This document shows positions 7,089 to 16,015 of a DNA stretch of 19,669 bases, in pieces. The stretch spans positions 1 through 19,669 of the forward strand of contig JBBRPR010000098.1 of the NCBI GenBank assembly GCA_038227875.1, given 5' to 3'. Below the pieces are notes generated by a model that did not search any database, was not told where the DNA came from, and worked only from the letters and a program-made list of their open reading frames with translations. Within the stretch, counting starts at the first letter, position 1; each line of letters starts with the position of its first letter. The DNA is from Planctomycetota bacterium. GTDB taxonomy: Bacteria > Planctomycetota > SZUA-567 > H5-PLA8. The position numbers were made by a program, and so were the translations under genes.

Positions 7089-8502
7089 GCAGGTAGGTGT
7101 GACTGTCGAGATACCGGGCGCCGTTGCAGGCATTGCGTCGGTGCAACATACCGCGTGGATGCTGGTCAACCTTCTCGCCCGCTTCCACGGCGTGGTGCAT
7201 CGGGTCGGCGTTCGCTGCCCTCCCGGAATAAAGCTCAGCGGCCGGGTCATTCCCCTCGCAGGTAGGGACTTGGATCTGGCTTCAGCGCTTGTCAGAGGGG
7301 GCATCGCGATCGGCGTTGTTCCGGTAGAAGCGAACTTGACCCTTGAGCGAATCATCGTCATAGGACCGGGCCCGGGCTACGCCGGGAGGCCAGATCTGTT
7401 TGCGATCGGCAGCGGCTGGTGTGGCGGCGTATCTGTCATTCCGCCCAGCTTCGATGCGCTGGTTGATGGATCGACACTTCCGTTTGGTCCTTACGTTGCG
7501 GCTTGCATCGCAGCCGGCGAGGTATTTAAGGCAGCAAGGATGCGGCCTGGCAGCTATGTCGCGCCAAAAGCCGCCTTCTATTCATGTTGGAATCACGTGG
7601 CCACCGGCACGCTGAATTCCGATGGGCCGCGAGATGTCGAAATCACGCTCGACGCTTCCCTTGTCGGGATTGGCGCGGTCGGTTCGGCGGTGATGCATTC
7701 TCTGTGGGCGTGCTCCGCATTGCGGGGTTCGATGGTGCTCGTCGACAACGACCCTAAAGGTTTTGATGTTTCCAATCTCAATCGTTATTCAATCTTCGGA
7801 AAAGATGCAGTTGGCCGGCAAAAGGCTACGTGTGCCGCTGATATTTTATCCGACGCCTCGATTCGATGGCTCGCCCATGATGTCGCGATCGAATCCTTCG
7901 CATTGACCACCCCCCGCGTCGTCTCCGCCGTAGATCGCAATACGGCGCGGGCGGCAATTCAAAACCAGTACTCTGCGCGGATCTTCTCCGGCTCGACGTT
8001 GGATCTCAGAGCGGAAGTGCTCCGCTGTGGGCCACCATGTGTTGGAGCTTGCCTGCGTTGCTTCAACGAACCGGAAAAGCTTCCGCCCGATGACGAACTC
8101 AGGTCGAAGCTGAAGGTTGCCGACAAAGCAGAGCTTGTCGCACTGGCGGAATCAGTGGGCCTCACGGTGACGGAAGCCAACGAATGGCTCGCAACCGGAC
8201 GGTGTGGCGCAACTGGGGAACGACTGCTTCCGCTGCTGCGACAAAACAATGGTGAAGCTGCATTCGCCGTGGCATTTGTATCGGTGATGTCCGGCGTGAT
8301 GCTCGCCGCGGAGTTGTTGAAGGACCATCTTATTCATGCCGCGCCCCTGACTGAAGATCGTCAGAGAGCCGTATTCCAGTTTTTCTCGCCCCTTGCCCGA
8401 TCGAATCGGGCCGTCGCATTTCTTCGAGATCCCCGATGTCCGATGTGCGCTCCAGCATCGGCTGCGAGCGGTATCTGGGCACTGCGGTATGGCAGCGCGT
8501 AA
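7018..8502 (+). CDS. bilD: E1/ThiF-family Ubl-activating enzyme BilD (type II architecture)
   Basis: AGGAGA RBS before ATG 7018 (ORF track starts at 6934). N-terminal inactive-adenylation-like half, then VGIGAVG, VDND, SNLNRY, AVD, Zn pairs CLRC and CPMC, and an inserted helical domain with a candidate catalytic Cys (GRCG). Confidence 0.88.
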   Translation: MNQRVSSRHESDLGGQFLPFGNTEQVGVTVEIPGAVAGIASVQHTAWMLVNLLARFHGVVHRVGVRCPPGIKLSGRVIPLAGRDLDLASALVRGGIAIGVVPVEANLTLERIIVIGPGPGYAGRPDLFAIGSGWCGGVSVIPPSFDALVDGSTLPFGPYVAACIAAGEVFKAARMRPGSYVAPKAAFYSCWNHVATGTLNSDGPRDVEITLDASLVGIGAVGSAVMHSLWACSALRGSMVLVDNDPKGFDVSNLNRYSIFGKDAVGRQKATCAADILSDASIRWLAHDVAIESFALTTPRVVSAVDRNTARAAIQNQYSARIFSGSTLDLRAEVLRCGPPCVGACLRCFNEPEKLPPDDELRSKLKVADKAELVALAESVGLTVTEANEWLATGRCGATGERLLPLLRQNNGEAAFAVAFVSVMSGVMLAAELLKDHLIHAAPLTEDRQRAVFQFFSPLARSNRAVAFLRDPRCPMCAPASAASGIWALRYGSA

Positions 8503-8588
8503 GATGCGTCGTTCGTTCTGATTGCGCCTCTGGCATCGACACCCGGTTTACTCGATAATTTGCAAGCCGCCCGAATACGGGGGCACCG

Positions 8589-11432
8589 ATGCCAACTCCC
8601 GAAGAACAAGCCCGCGAGCTGATTGATGCCCACCTAAAGGCGTCGGGGTGGATCGTCCAGACATTCAAGCACATGAATCTCGGCGCTGGCCCAGGTTTGG
8701 CGGTCACCGAGTTTCCCGGTGCGCACGGTGAGGCCGACTACCTCCTTTATGTCGATGGCAAGGCGATCGGCGTGGTCGAGGCGAAGCCCGTCGGTTACAC
8801 GCTCAAAGGTGTCGAGGGTCAATCGGCCAGCTATGCGGACGGCCTGGCGGCGAAATTGCCGGCATGGCGACGGCCACTGCCATTTCAATACGAGTCCACC
8901 GGCGAGATCAGCCAGTTCACTAACTGGATGGAACCGCACGCGCGCAGCCGCGATATTTTCGCCTTTCACCGCCCTGAATCGCTCCGCGAATTGGTTCAGG
9001 AGGAAAAGCCGCTTCGTGCTTGGCTCCGCGAAATGCCAGTTGTGCCGGGCGACGGTCTGTGGCCCAAACAGCACATTGCCATCGAGAACCTCGAAAAATC
9101 CCTTGGCCTCGCAAAGCCGAAGGCGCTGATCCAAATGGCGACCGGCTCAGGAAAAACCTTCACCGCCGCCAATATCTCTTACCGCCTGATCAAATACGGT
9201 CACGCGCGCCGCGTCTGCTTTCTGGTCGACCGGACAAACCTCGGCATTCAGACGCTCAAGGAATTTCAGCAGTTCCAGCCCCCTGGCGAACGGCATTTAT
9301 TCGATAAGCTGTACAACACCGCTTTTCCTCGCCGCAACCATTTCGATCCCGTAAACCGCGTCATCGTCACAACGGTACAACGGCTCTATTCCGTGCTGAC
9401 CGGTCAGCCCGATCTTGCCGATGAGGATGAAGAGCGATCCGCCTATGAAGGCCCCGGCGCGTTCAAGAAGCCGCCCGTTCCGATCATGTACAACGGTGCC
9501 ATCCCGCCGGAATTCTTCGACGCGATCATCGTTGATGAATGTCACCGGTCGATTTACAGCGTCTGGGGTGACGTGCTGAAATACTTCGATGCGTTCCTCA
9601 TCGGCCTCACCGCGACACCCAGCAAGCAGACCATCGGATTCTTCAACCAGAATCTGGTGATGGAATACACGCATGAGCAGGCGGTCGCCGATCGTGTGAA
9701 TGTGCCGTATGACGTTTACGAAATTAAGACCCGTATTACCGGGCAGGGATCGAAGGTCGATGCCGGGTTCTTTGTCGGTAAGCGAAGTCACAAGACGCGG
9801 GCTGAGCGACAGGAAGAGCTGGATAATGAACTCGTATATGACGCGAGAGACCTGGATCGGGCAGTCGTCGCAGAGGACCAGATTCGCACGGTCGTTCAGA
9901 CCTTCCGGGATCGGTTGTTCACTGAAATCTTCCCCGGCCGGAACGAAGTACCCAAAACGATCATCTTCGCCAAGGATGATTCCCACGCCGACGATATTGT
10001 TCGCATCGTCCGCGAGGAATTCGGTCGCGGCAATGATTTCTGCCAGAAGATCACCTATCGCACCGGCGTCATGCGGGTCACGGACAAGGTGAAAGATAAT
10101 GACGGCAAGGAAACTGAGGTTGTTCGGTACGAGAAAATCAAAGGCAAGACGGGTGAAGACGTTCTTGTTGCGTTCCGCAACTCGTTCAATCCGCGCATCG
10201 CCGTGACAGTAGACATGATCGCCACCGGCACCGATGTGAAGCCCGTCGAGATTGTCTTCTTCATGCGTTCGATCAAGAGCAGTAATTATTTCGAGCAAAT
10301 GAAGGGCCGTGGTGTTCGGGTGATTCAGCCCGACGCCCTGCGCGGCGTGACGCCTGCACAACCGGGCGAGCACGTTTCAAAAACGCGATTCGTGATCGTC
10401 GATGCCGTTGGCGTTTGCGCGCAGGCCAAGAGCGAGCGTGGCCCGCTGGACCGTGAGCCGAATAAATCCCTTAAGCAGGTTCTCGATTACGTGAAAGCTG
10501 GTGGGACCGATCCCGATGCCGTGTCAGCCCTCGCCGGGAAACTTACCCGCTTGTCATCCGAGATGTCGGCCAAGCAACACGATGATGTTAAACAGCACGC
10601 CGGCGGGAAAACCGCTGATGATCTCGTGCGTGGCCTCGTCCTGGCAGTTGATGAAACGCGTGTGGAAACGAAAGCGCGGGAGTTACATCCCGATACGGCG
10701 GAATTAACACCCAAACAACTGGAAGCTGCCGAGCAGGTTCTGATTCAGGAAGCAATCAAACCGTTCTACGATCCGCACCTCCGTGATCTGCTTCTGCAAA
10801 TCAAACAGGATAACGAGCAGACGATTGACCGTGTCAGCAAAGATGAAGTGCTTATGACAGGTTATTCGCACGCGGCAGTGGATAAAGCAAAAGCGAAGAT
10901 CGAAGATTTCAAGCGGTTCATCGCTGAGCACAAGGACGAGCTGACGGCATTACAGGTCTTTTATGGCCAAGCTACGCCGGACCGGCTCCGATTTCGTGAC
11001 CTGAAAGAATTGGCTGAACAAATCAAACGTCCGCCCGTGTCGGCAACGACCGAGGAACTTTGGCGCTGTTATGAAGCGATTGAAGCGGCGAAGGTGAATG
11101 GGAAAGGAGGCCAGATCATCACGGATCTGGTGTCTCTGATTCGTCACACCCTGCGCCCAAGCGAACCGCTCACGCCGTTCGCCCAAGTCGTCCGGCAGCG
11201 GTATGCCGCATGGCGACAGCAGCAAGGCAAAGCAGGTGTCCTGTTCAGCGACGAACAGGGCAAATGGCTGGATAAGATTGCAGAACATATTGCCACCAGC
11301 CTCGTCATTGAGATGGATGATTTCGCCGACGGATGGTTTGCCCAACGCGGAAATCTGGGCAAAGCACACGACCTCTTTGGTGAGCGGCTAGGGATCATTG
11401 TCGCCGAAATGAACCGGGCGCTAACGGCATGA
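8589..11432 (+). CDS. hsdR: Type I restriction enzyme R subunit (EcoEI-R-like C-terminus)
   Basis: Nuclease motif ADYLLY...VVEAK, Walker A MATGSGKT, DECH, LTATP, TGTDV, QMKGRG. Confidence 0.95.
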   Translation: MPTPEEQARELIDAHLKASGWIVQTFKHMNLGAGPGLAVTEFPGAHGEADYLLYVDGKAIGVVEAKPVGYTLKGVEGQSASYADGLAAKLPAWRRPLPFQYESTGEISQFTNWMEPHARSRDIFAFHRPESLRELVQEEKPLRAWLREMPVVPGDGLWPKQHIAIENLEKSLGLAKPKALIQMATGSGKTFTAANISYRLIKYGHARRVCFLVDRTNLGIQTLKEFQQFQPPGERHLFDKLYNTAFPRRNHFDPVNRVIVTTVQRLYSVLTGQPDLADEDEERSAYEGPGAFKKPPVPIMYNGAIPPEFFDAIIVDECHRSIYSVWGDVLKYFDAFLIGLTATPSKQTIGFFNQNLVMEYTHEQAVADRVNVPYDVYEIKTRITGQGSKVDAGFFVGKRSHKTRAERQEELDNELVYDARDLDRAVVAEDQIRTVVQTFRDRLFTEIFPGRNEVPKTIIFAKDDSHADDIVRIVREEFGRGNDFCQKITYRTGVMRVTDKVKDNDGKETEVVRYEKIKGKTGEDVLVAFRNSFNPRIAVTVDMIATGTDVKPVEIVFFMRSIKSSNYFEQMKGRGVRVIQPDALRGVTPAQPGEHVSKTRFVIVDAVGVCAQAKSERGPLDREPNKSLKQVLDYVKAGGTDPDAVSALAGKLTRLSSEMSAKQHDDVKQHAGGKTADDLVRGLVLAVDETRVETKARELHPDTAELTPKQLEAAEQVLIQEAIKPFYDPHLRDLLLQIKQDNEQTIDRVSKDEVLMTGYSHAAVDKAKAKIEDFKRFIAEHKDELTALQVFYGQATPDRLRFRDLKELAEQIKRPPVSATTEELWRCYEAIEAAKVNGKGGQIITDLVSLIRHTLRPSEPLTPFAQVVRQRYAAWRQQQGKAGVLFSDEQGKWLDKIAEHIATSLVIEMDDFADGWFAQRGNLGKAHDLFGERLGIIVAEMNRALTA

Positions 11433-12984
11433 GCACCGATAACAATAATCGCACCCGCGATTGCGAGGAACTGCCGCAGGGCTGGCTGTCAACAGTGCTT
11501 GGCGACGTAATTCGGCCGGAACGTCCTCGTGGAATGCCCGCTGAGCATAGGGGCCAGCCATTTGTAGGCCTTGAGCACGTCGAGGCACACACTACGCGAT
11601 TGCTTGGAACCGCGCCAGCCGAATTGATGCGAAGTTCCGGCGTTTGTTTTAATTGCGGTGACGTTCTTTATGGGAGGATGCGCCCTTACCTCAACAAAGT
11701 GTGGCTGGCGGATCGCAACGGGCTTTGTTCGGGGGAGTTCATCGTTTTCCCTGGCGGGAAAACATTCGATGGCGGTTTTTTGAAATACAGGCTCAATGCG
11801 CCTGATTTCGTTGCTTTTGCTAACCATACAACAAGCGGCGATCGTCCTCGGGCGGATTTCTCAGATTTGAGCCGCTTTCCGATACTTCTGCCGCCTTTTG
11901 CGGAACAAGGTAGAATTGCCGACCGGCTTGATGAGTTGTTCACCGATCTCTCGGCGGGCGTGGCGGCATTGGAGAGGGTCAGGAGAAAGCTCCAGCGTTA
12001 TCGTTCTGCCGTGCTGCATGCTGCCGTCACGGGCAGTCTGACCGCCGCATGGCGTAAGACATATGGCTTACCGGCCGAACCCAGCGACAAACTCAAGGCC
12101 CGCATCCTCATCGAACGGCGGAAGCAATGGGAACAACGCACTCTTGCCAAATACGGTCGCGAAAACCGAACACCGCCGAAGAATTGGAAGGATCGTTACC
12201 CGGAGCCAATCTCTGTCGGAACTTTGGCCCATGGTAGCGCGCTTCCTGAACTGCCAGAAAGTTGGTGTTGGGCTACCCACGACCAAGTAGGAAATGTACA
12301 GCTTGGGCGTCAGAGATCACCTGAACATCACAGCGGCATGCACATGCGTCCTTACCTGCGCGTCGCCAATGTTCATGAGGATCGAATTGACACGAGCGAC
12401 GTGCTGGAAATGAACTTCACGCCCGAAGAGTTCACTGTCTACTCGCTGAAACGCGGAGACATTCTGTTGAATGAAGGGCAGAGCATGGACTTGATCGGTA
12501 GACCCGCCATGTATCGCGATGAACTCCCGGGAGGATGCTTTCAGAACACCTTAGTTCGACAGCGAATGTTGATGGCGTGCTCGCTGATTATGGCCTGATT
12601 GTTTGCCTCGCGCAGTTTCGGGTAGGTCGTTTTCGGAAAATTGCATCGATCACGACCAGCATCGCGCATCTCGGTGCTCAGAGATTTGCCGCATTGGAAT
12701 TTCCGCTTCCACCGATTGAAGAGCAGGCGGTAATCGTTGAATCCGCAAACGAAAAACTCTCGCAAATTGACGCAATGGAGGCGGAGGTGGTTCGCGATTT
12801 TGCACGGGTAGCCCGATTGCGGCAGGCGATCTTAAAAGCCGCGTTTGCTGGCAAGCTGGTGCCGCAAGACCCCGTAGATGAACGCGCACCAGTGCTTATG
12901 GAGCGAGTTAGGGCCGGCCATGATGCGCAATCGTCCGCCAAGCCTGCGCGAATGAAACGTTCACCGAAAGTAGCAAGCAAATGA
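11429..12984 (+). pseudogene. hsdS: Type I RM specificity subunit, frameshifted near 12560 within TRD2
   Basis: ELPQGW TRD1, LPPFAEQGRI conserved region and ELPESWCW TRD2 lie in 11429..12598. The rest of TRD2 and PLPPIEEQ...LRQAILKAAFAGKLVPQDP lie in another frame (to 12984). ATGA overlaps at both ends. Confidence 0.88.
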
Positions 12985-14528
12985 CTCAGAACGGAAATGG
13001 ACAGGCCAGTCCGACCGCCAGCCAGATCGGCACGCGGGTCTGGTCATACGCTGGCGTCTTAAAAGACGATGGGCTTTCGTACATGGCCTATGTCGAGCAG
13101 CTCACGTTCTTGCTGTTTCTCAAGATGGCGGACGAGCTGACGAAATCGCCGTACAACGAGGCCAGCCGTATTCCAAAAGGTAAGGATCGCAAAGGCAACG
13201 ATGTAGCGTACGACTGGCAAAGCCTTGTGAGCAAAGACGGGGCGGATTTGTATCAGCACTACCGCGATGTGCTGGATTTCCTGAGCACGCAACCGGGATT
13301 GCTGGGCACCATTTTCAAAGAGGCCGAGTGCAAGATCAAAGACCCGGCCAAACTTCGGCGATTGATCGTGGATCTGATAGACCGCGAAAGGTGGCTGAGC
13401 CTCGACCTGGATGTGAAGGGTGTGATTTATGAAGAGCTGCTTTCGCGGAGCGCCGCCGAAAGCACCGGTGGTGCAGGCCAGTATTTCACGCCCCGCCCAA
13501 TTATTCAGGCGATTGTGGATGTGATGCAGCCTTCGCCGGAAGAGACGATTATCGACCCGGCTGCCGGGACCGGCGGATTTCTCACGGTCGCATACCAGTA
13601 TGTATTGGATGCTCACGGCTCCAAGATGGATAAGGGCGAGAAGCGCCGGGCACGCGAGCAATTGGTGACTGGACAGGAACTGGTGCCGGAAACGGCGCGA
13701 TTGTGCGCCATGAATCTTTTCCTGCACGGCATTGGCGGACTGGATTGCAGCCCGATTATTAGCGGCAAGAGCAGTCTGGACACTTCACCGACGCAACAAT
13801 ATTCGATGGTGCTCACGAATCCGCCATTCGGAAAAAAACAGTCGCTCAAGACGGTCAATGAAGAAGGCGATCTCGACAGCGAAGATGAAGTGGTCGTGCG
13901 TCAGGATTTCTGGGTATCGACGGCGAACAAGCAACTGAATTTCGTCCAGCACATTTTCAACCTGCTCAAAGTTCGGGGGCGTGCTGCGGTGGTTGTGCCA
14001 GATAACGTGCTGTTCGAGGGTGGGCCTGGGCAGAAGATCCGCCAGCAGCTATTGCAGCAATGTGATGTTCACACGCTCCTGCGGTTGCCGACCGGCATCT
14101 TTTACAAACCGGGTGTCAAAGCGAACGTGATCTTTTTCGACCGCAAGCCGCCCCAAGAAAAGGCGTGGACCAGCAAACTGTGGGTATACGATTTCCGAAC
14201 GAACAAGCATTTCACGCCGAAGCAAAATACGTTGCGGAGGGCGGAGCTTGAAGAATTCATTGCGCTCTTTAAGCCTGGAGCCATCCATAAGCGAAAGCCT
14301 ACATGGTCGGAAGAAAAGCCTGACGGCCGGTGGCGCTGCTTCAATTACGAAGAACTGCTCAAACGAGACAAACTGAGTTTCGACCTGTTTTGGATTAAAG
14401 ATGATAGTGTTGAGGACAGTAGCACCCTCCCCGACCCTGATGTGCTGGCACAGGAAATTGTCGAGGACCTGGAAGATGCCCTCGACCAATTCCGCTCCAT
14501 TGCAGCGACGCTAACTGCCAAAGGGTAG
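12981..14528 (+). CDS. hsdM: Type I RM N6-adenine methyltransferase M subunit
   Basis: YVEQLTFLLFLKM N-terminal domain, GQYFTPR, motif I DPAAGTGGF, motif IV NPPF. Confidence 0.95.
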   Translation: MTQNGNGQASPTASQIGTRVWSYAGVLKDDGLSYMAYVEQLTFLLFLKMADELTKSPYNEASRIPKGKDRKGNDVAYDWQSLVSKDGADLYQHYRDVLDFLSTQPGLLGTIFKEAECKIKDPAKLRRLIVDLIDRERWLSLDLDVKGVIYEELLSRSAAESTGGAGQYFTPRPIIQAIVDVMQPSPEETIIDPAAGTGGFLTVAYQYVLDAHGSKMDKGEKRRAREQLVTGQELVPETARLCAMNLFLHGIGGLDCSPIISGKSSLDTSPTQQYSMVLTNPPFGKKQSLKTVNEEGDLDSEDEVVVRQDFWVSTANKQLNFVQHIFNLLKVRGRAAVVVPDNVLFEGGPGQKIRQQLLQQCDVHTLLRLPTGIFYKPGVKANVIFFDRKPPQEKAWTSKLWVYDFRTNKHFTPKQNTLRRAELEEFIALFKPGAIHKRKPTWSEEKPDGRWRCFNYEELLKRDKLSFDLFWIKDDSVEDSSTLPDPDVLAQEIVEDLEDALDQFRSIAATLTAKG

Positions 14529-14736
14529 GATGTGAGGATAGGCGAACATGAATACCTTCGATGTCACGGCGGCTGCCGCTTCGCCTCGTCCGCCCTTGCC
14601 GTCTCGGACTAATTCCGAATGACTTCATACCGTAAACTCCTGATAGAAATGAGAGACTAGGCGCGACGTGACCGCCTTGTCGCGAGTGAAACGTCTCCTT
14701 GGGACCGCCGAATCCCTCGTTACAATCACAATGTCA

Positions 14737-15944
14737 TACGCCTTCCGCCTGATTCCCGCGCGCCCGTTCGTTCGGCGCTTGTACGGTAGCGCCCGAGCGG
14801 CCGATCTGGCATGATGCCTCCGGTTCATCAAGAACGGAGGCATCGCCATGACAGTTGATCTTCACGACGCGGAGGACATCGAGCGGTTGCGTCAGCAGGT
14901 TCGCGACGAACGCAAGGCTTTGCAGCGCGACCGTTACCGCGTCGTGCTGCTCGCCGCGGAAGGACGGATGGACGCCGGGGACGGCGTCGGCGGGGAGATG
15001 ACGCGCGAGCAAATCGCCGCGGCGGTGGGACGCAGCCGGCAATTCGTCGACGAATGGGTCGGCCGCTACCGGCGTGGCGGGGTCGAGCACCTGCGTGCCC
15101 GCAAGCAGCCGGGCAACCGGCCCTCGCTCACGCCGGAGCAGCAGTCGGCGTTCAAGGCGCGTCTGCTGGCCGGTCCCACCGCGGACGCCGACGGCGGCGT
15201 ATGCACGCTCCGCGGCCGCGACGCGCAACGTATTCTCGACGCCGAGTTCGGTGTGCCGCTCAAGCTCAGCGCGGTGTACGAGTGGATGCATCGCATCGGG
15301 CTCTCCTGCCTCAAGCCACGTCCGCGGCATCGCAAAAACGACCCCGCCGCGATGACCGACTGGCTCGAACGCGCCCCCTTTTTGTCCAGCAGGTGACGGA
15401 CGAACACCCTGATAAGCGGGTCGAAGTCTGGTTCCAGGACGAAGCGCGGATCGGCCAGCAGGGCACGCTCACGAACGTGTGGGCCGAAACCGGCTCGCGT
15501 CCGACGGCGGTCAAGCAGACCGAGTACGAGTGGTGCTACCTGTTCGCCGCCGTCAACCCGCTCACGGGCGCCAGCTCGGCGATGATCACGCCGACAGTAA
15601 ACACGGCGCTCATGAATCAGCATCTGCAGTTCATCAGCCGCCAAGCCGGTCCCGACGTGCATGTCGTGCTCGTGCTGGACCAGGCGGGCTGGCACGTGGC
15701 CAAGGCCCTGGAGGTGCCCGACAACATCACGCTGCTGCACCTTACGCCATACTCGCCGGAGCTGAACCCGGTCGAACGGGTGTGGGGTTACTTGAGAAGC
15801 CACCACCTGAGCAACCGCGTCTAGCGCGATTACGACGACCTGTTCGATGAGACGACGATCGCGTGGAACCTGCTGCCCGAGTCCCGGCTGCAATCCCTCA
15901 CCGCCGTCGACTGGGTGCGGCACGCGATTTAGGCGGAAAGCGTA
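14737..15944 (+). mobile_element. IS630-family insertion sequence (about 1.2 kb)
   Basis: Imperfect terminal inverted repeats: TACGCCTTCCGCCTGATTCCCGCG (from 14737) and the reverse complement of the right end, TACGCTTTCCGCCTAAATCGCGTG (to 15944). Flanked by TCA direct repeats at 14734-14736 and 15945-15947; encloses a two-frame DDE transposase. Confidence 0.9.
14848..15932 (+). pseudogene. IS630 transposase (HTH orfA, -1 frameshift, DDE orfB) with an in-frame nonsense codon
   Basis: orfA 14848..15396 carries HTH domains. Slippery CCCCCTTTTT at 15374-15383. orfB has WFQDEAR, VLDQAGWH and PYSPELNPVE. TAG at 15822-15824 interrupts LSNRV*RDYDDL...AWN; the natural stop is at 15930-15932. Confidence 0.85.
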
Positions 15945-15947
15945 TCA

Positions 15948-16002
15948 GCGGTATCCCCGGAGAAGGTTCTCCCCCTCCTTTCCAACCGCCGGCATTTTTT
16001 TT
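15948..16002 (+). ncRNA. Candidate structured small RNA or terminator-like element, copy B (5' arm separated by the IS630)
   Basis: GCGGT/ACCGC outer stem, ATCCCC internal loop, GGAGAAGG/CCTTTCC inner stem, loop TTCTCCCCCT, then T8; homologous to 891-949. Confidence 0.5.
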
Positions 16003-16015
16003 GCGCACTGTCGGG

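Noticed and set aside
9297..10373. 358-aa minus-strand ORF
   Set aside because: Antisense shadow of hsdR, typical of GC-rich coding DNA.
12551..12570. Phase variation or shufflon explanation for the hsdS split
   Set aside because: No simple-sequence repeat at the shift, and no inverted repeats, recombinase or spare TRDs were seen.
14734..15923. Long minus-strand ORFs (198 aa and 285 aa) within the IS
   Set aside because: Antisense to the transposase; no independent motifs.
891..16002. Elements A and B as attL/attR sites or target duplications
   Set aside because: Too diverged, with changes that preserve pairing rather than sequence; no integrase or tRNA in the window.
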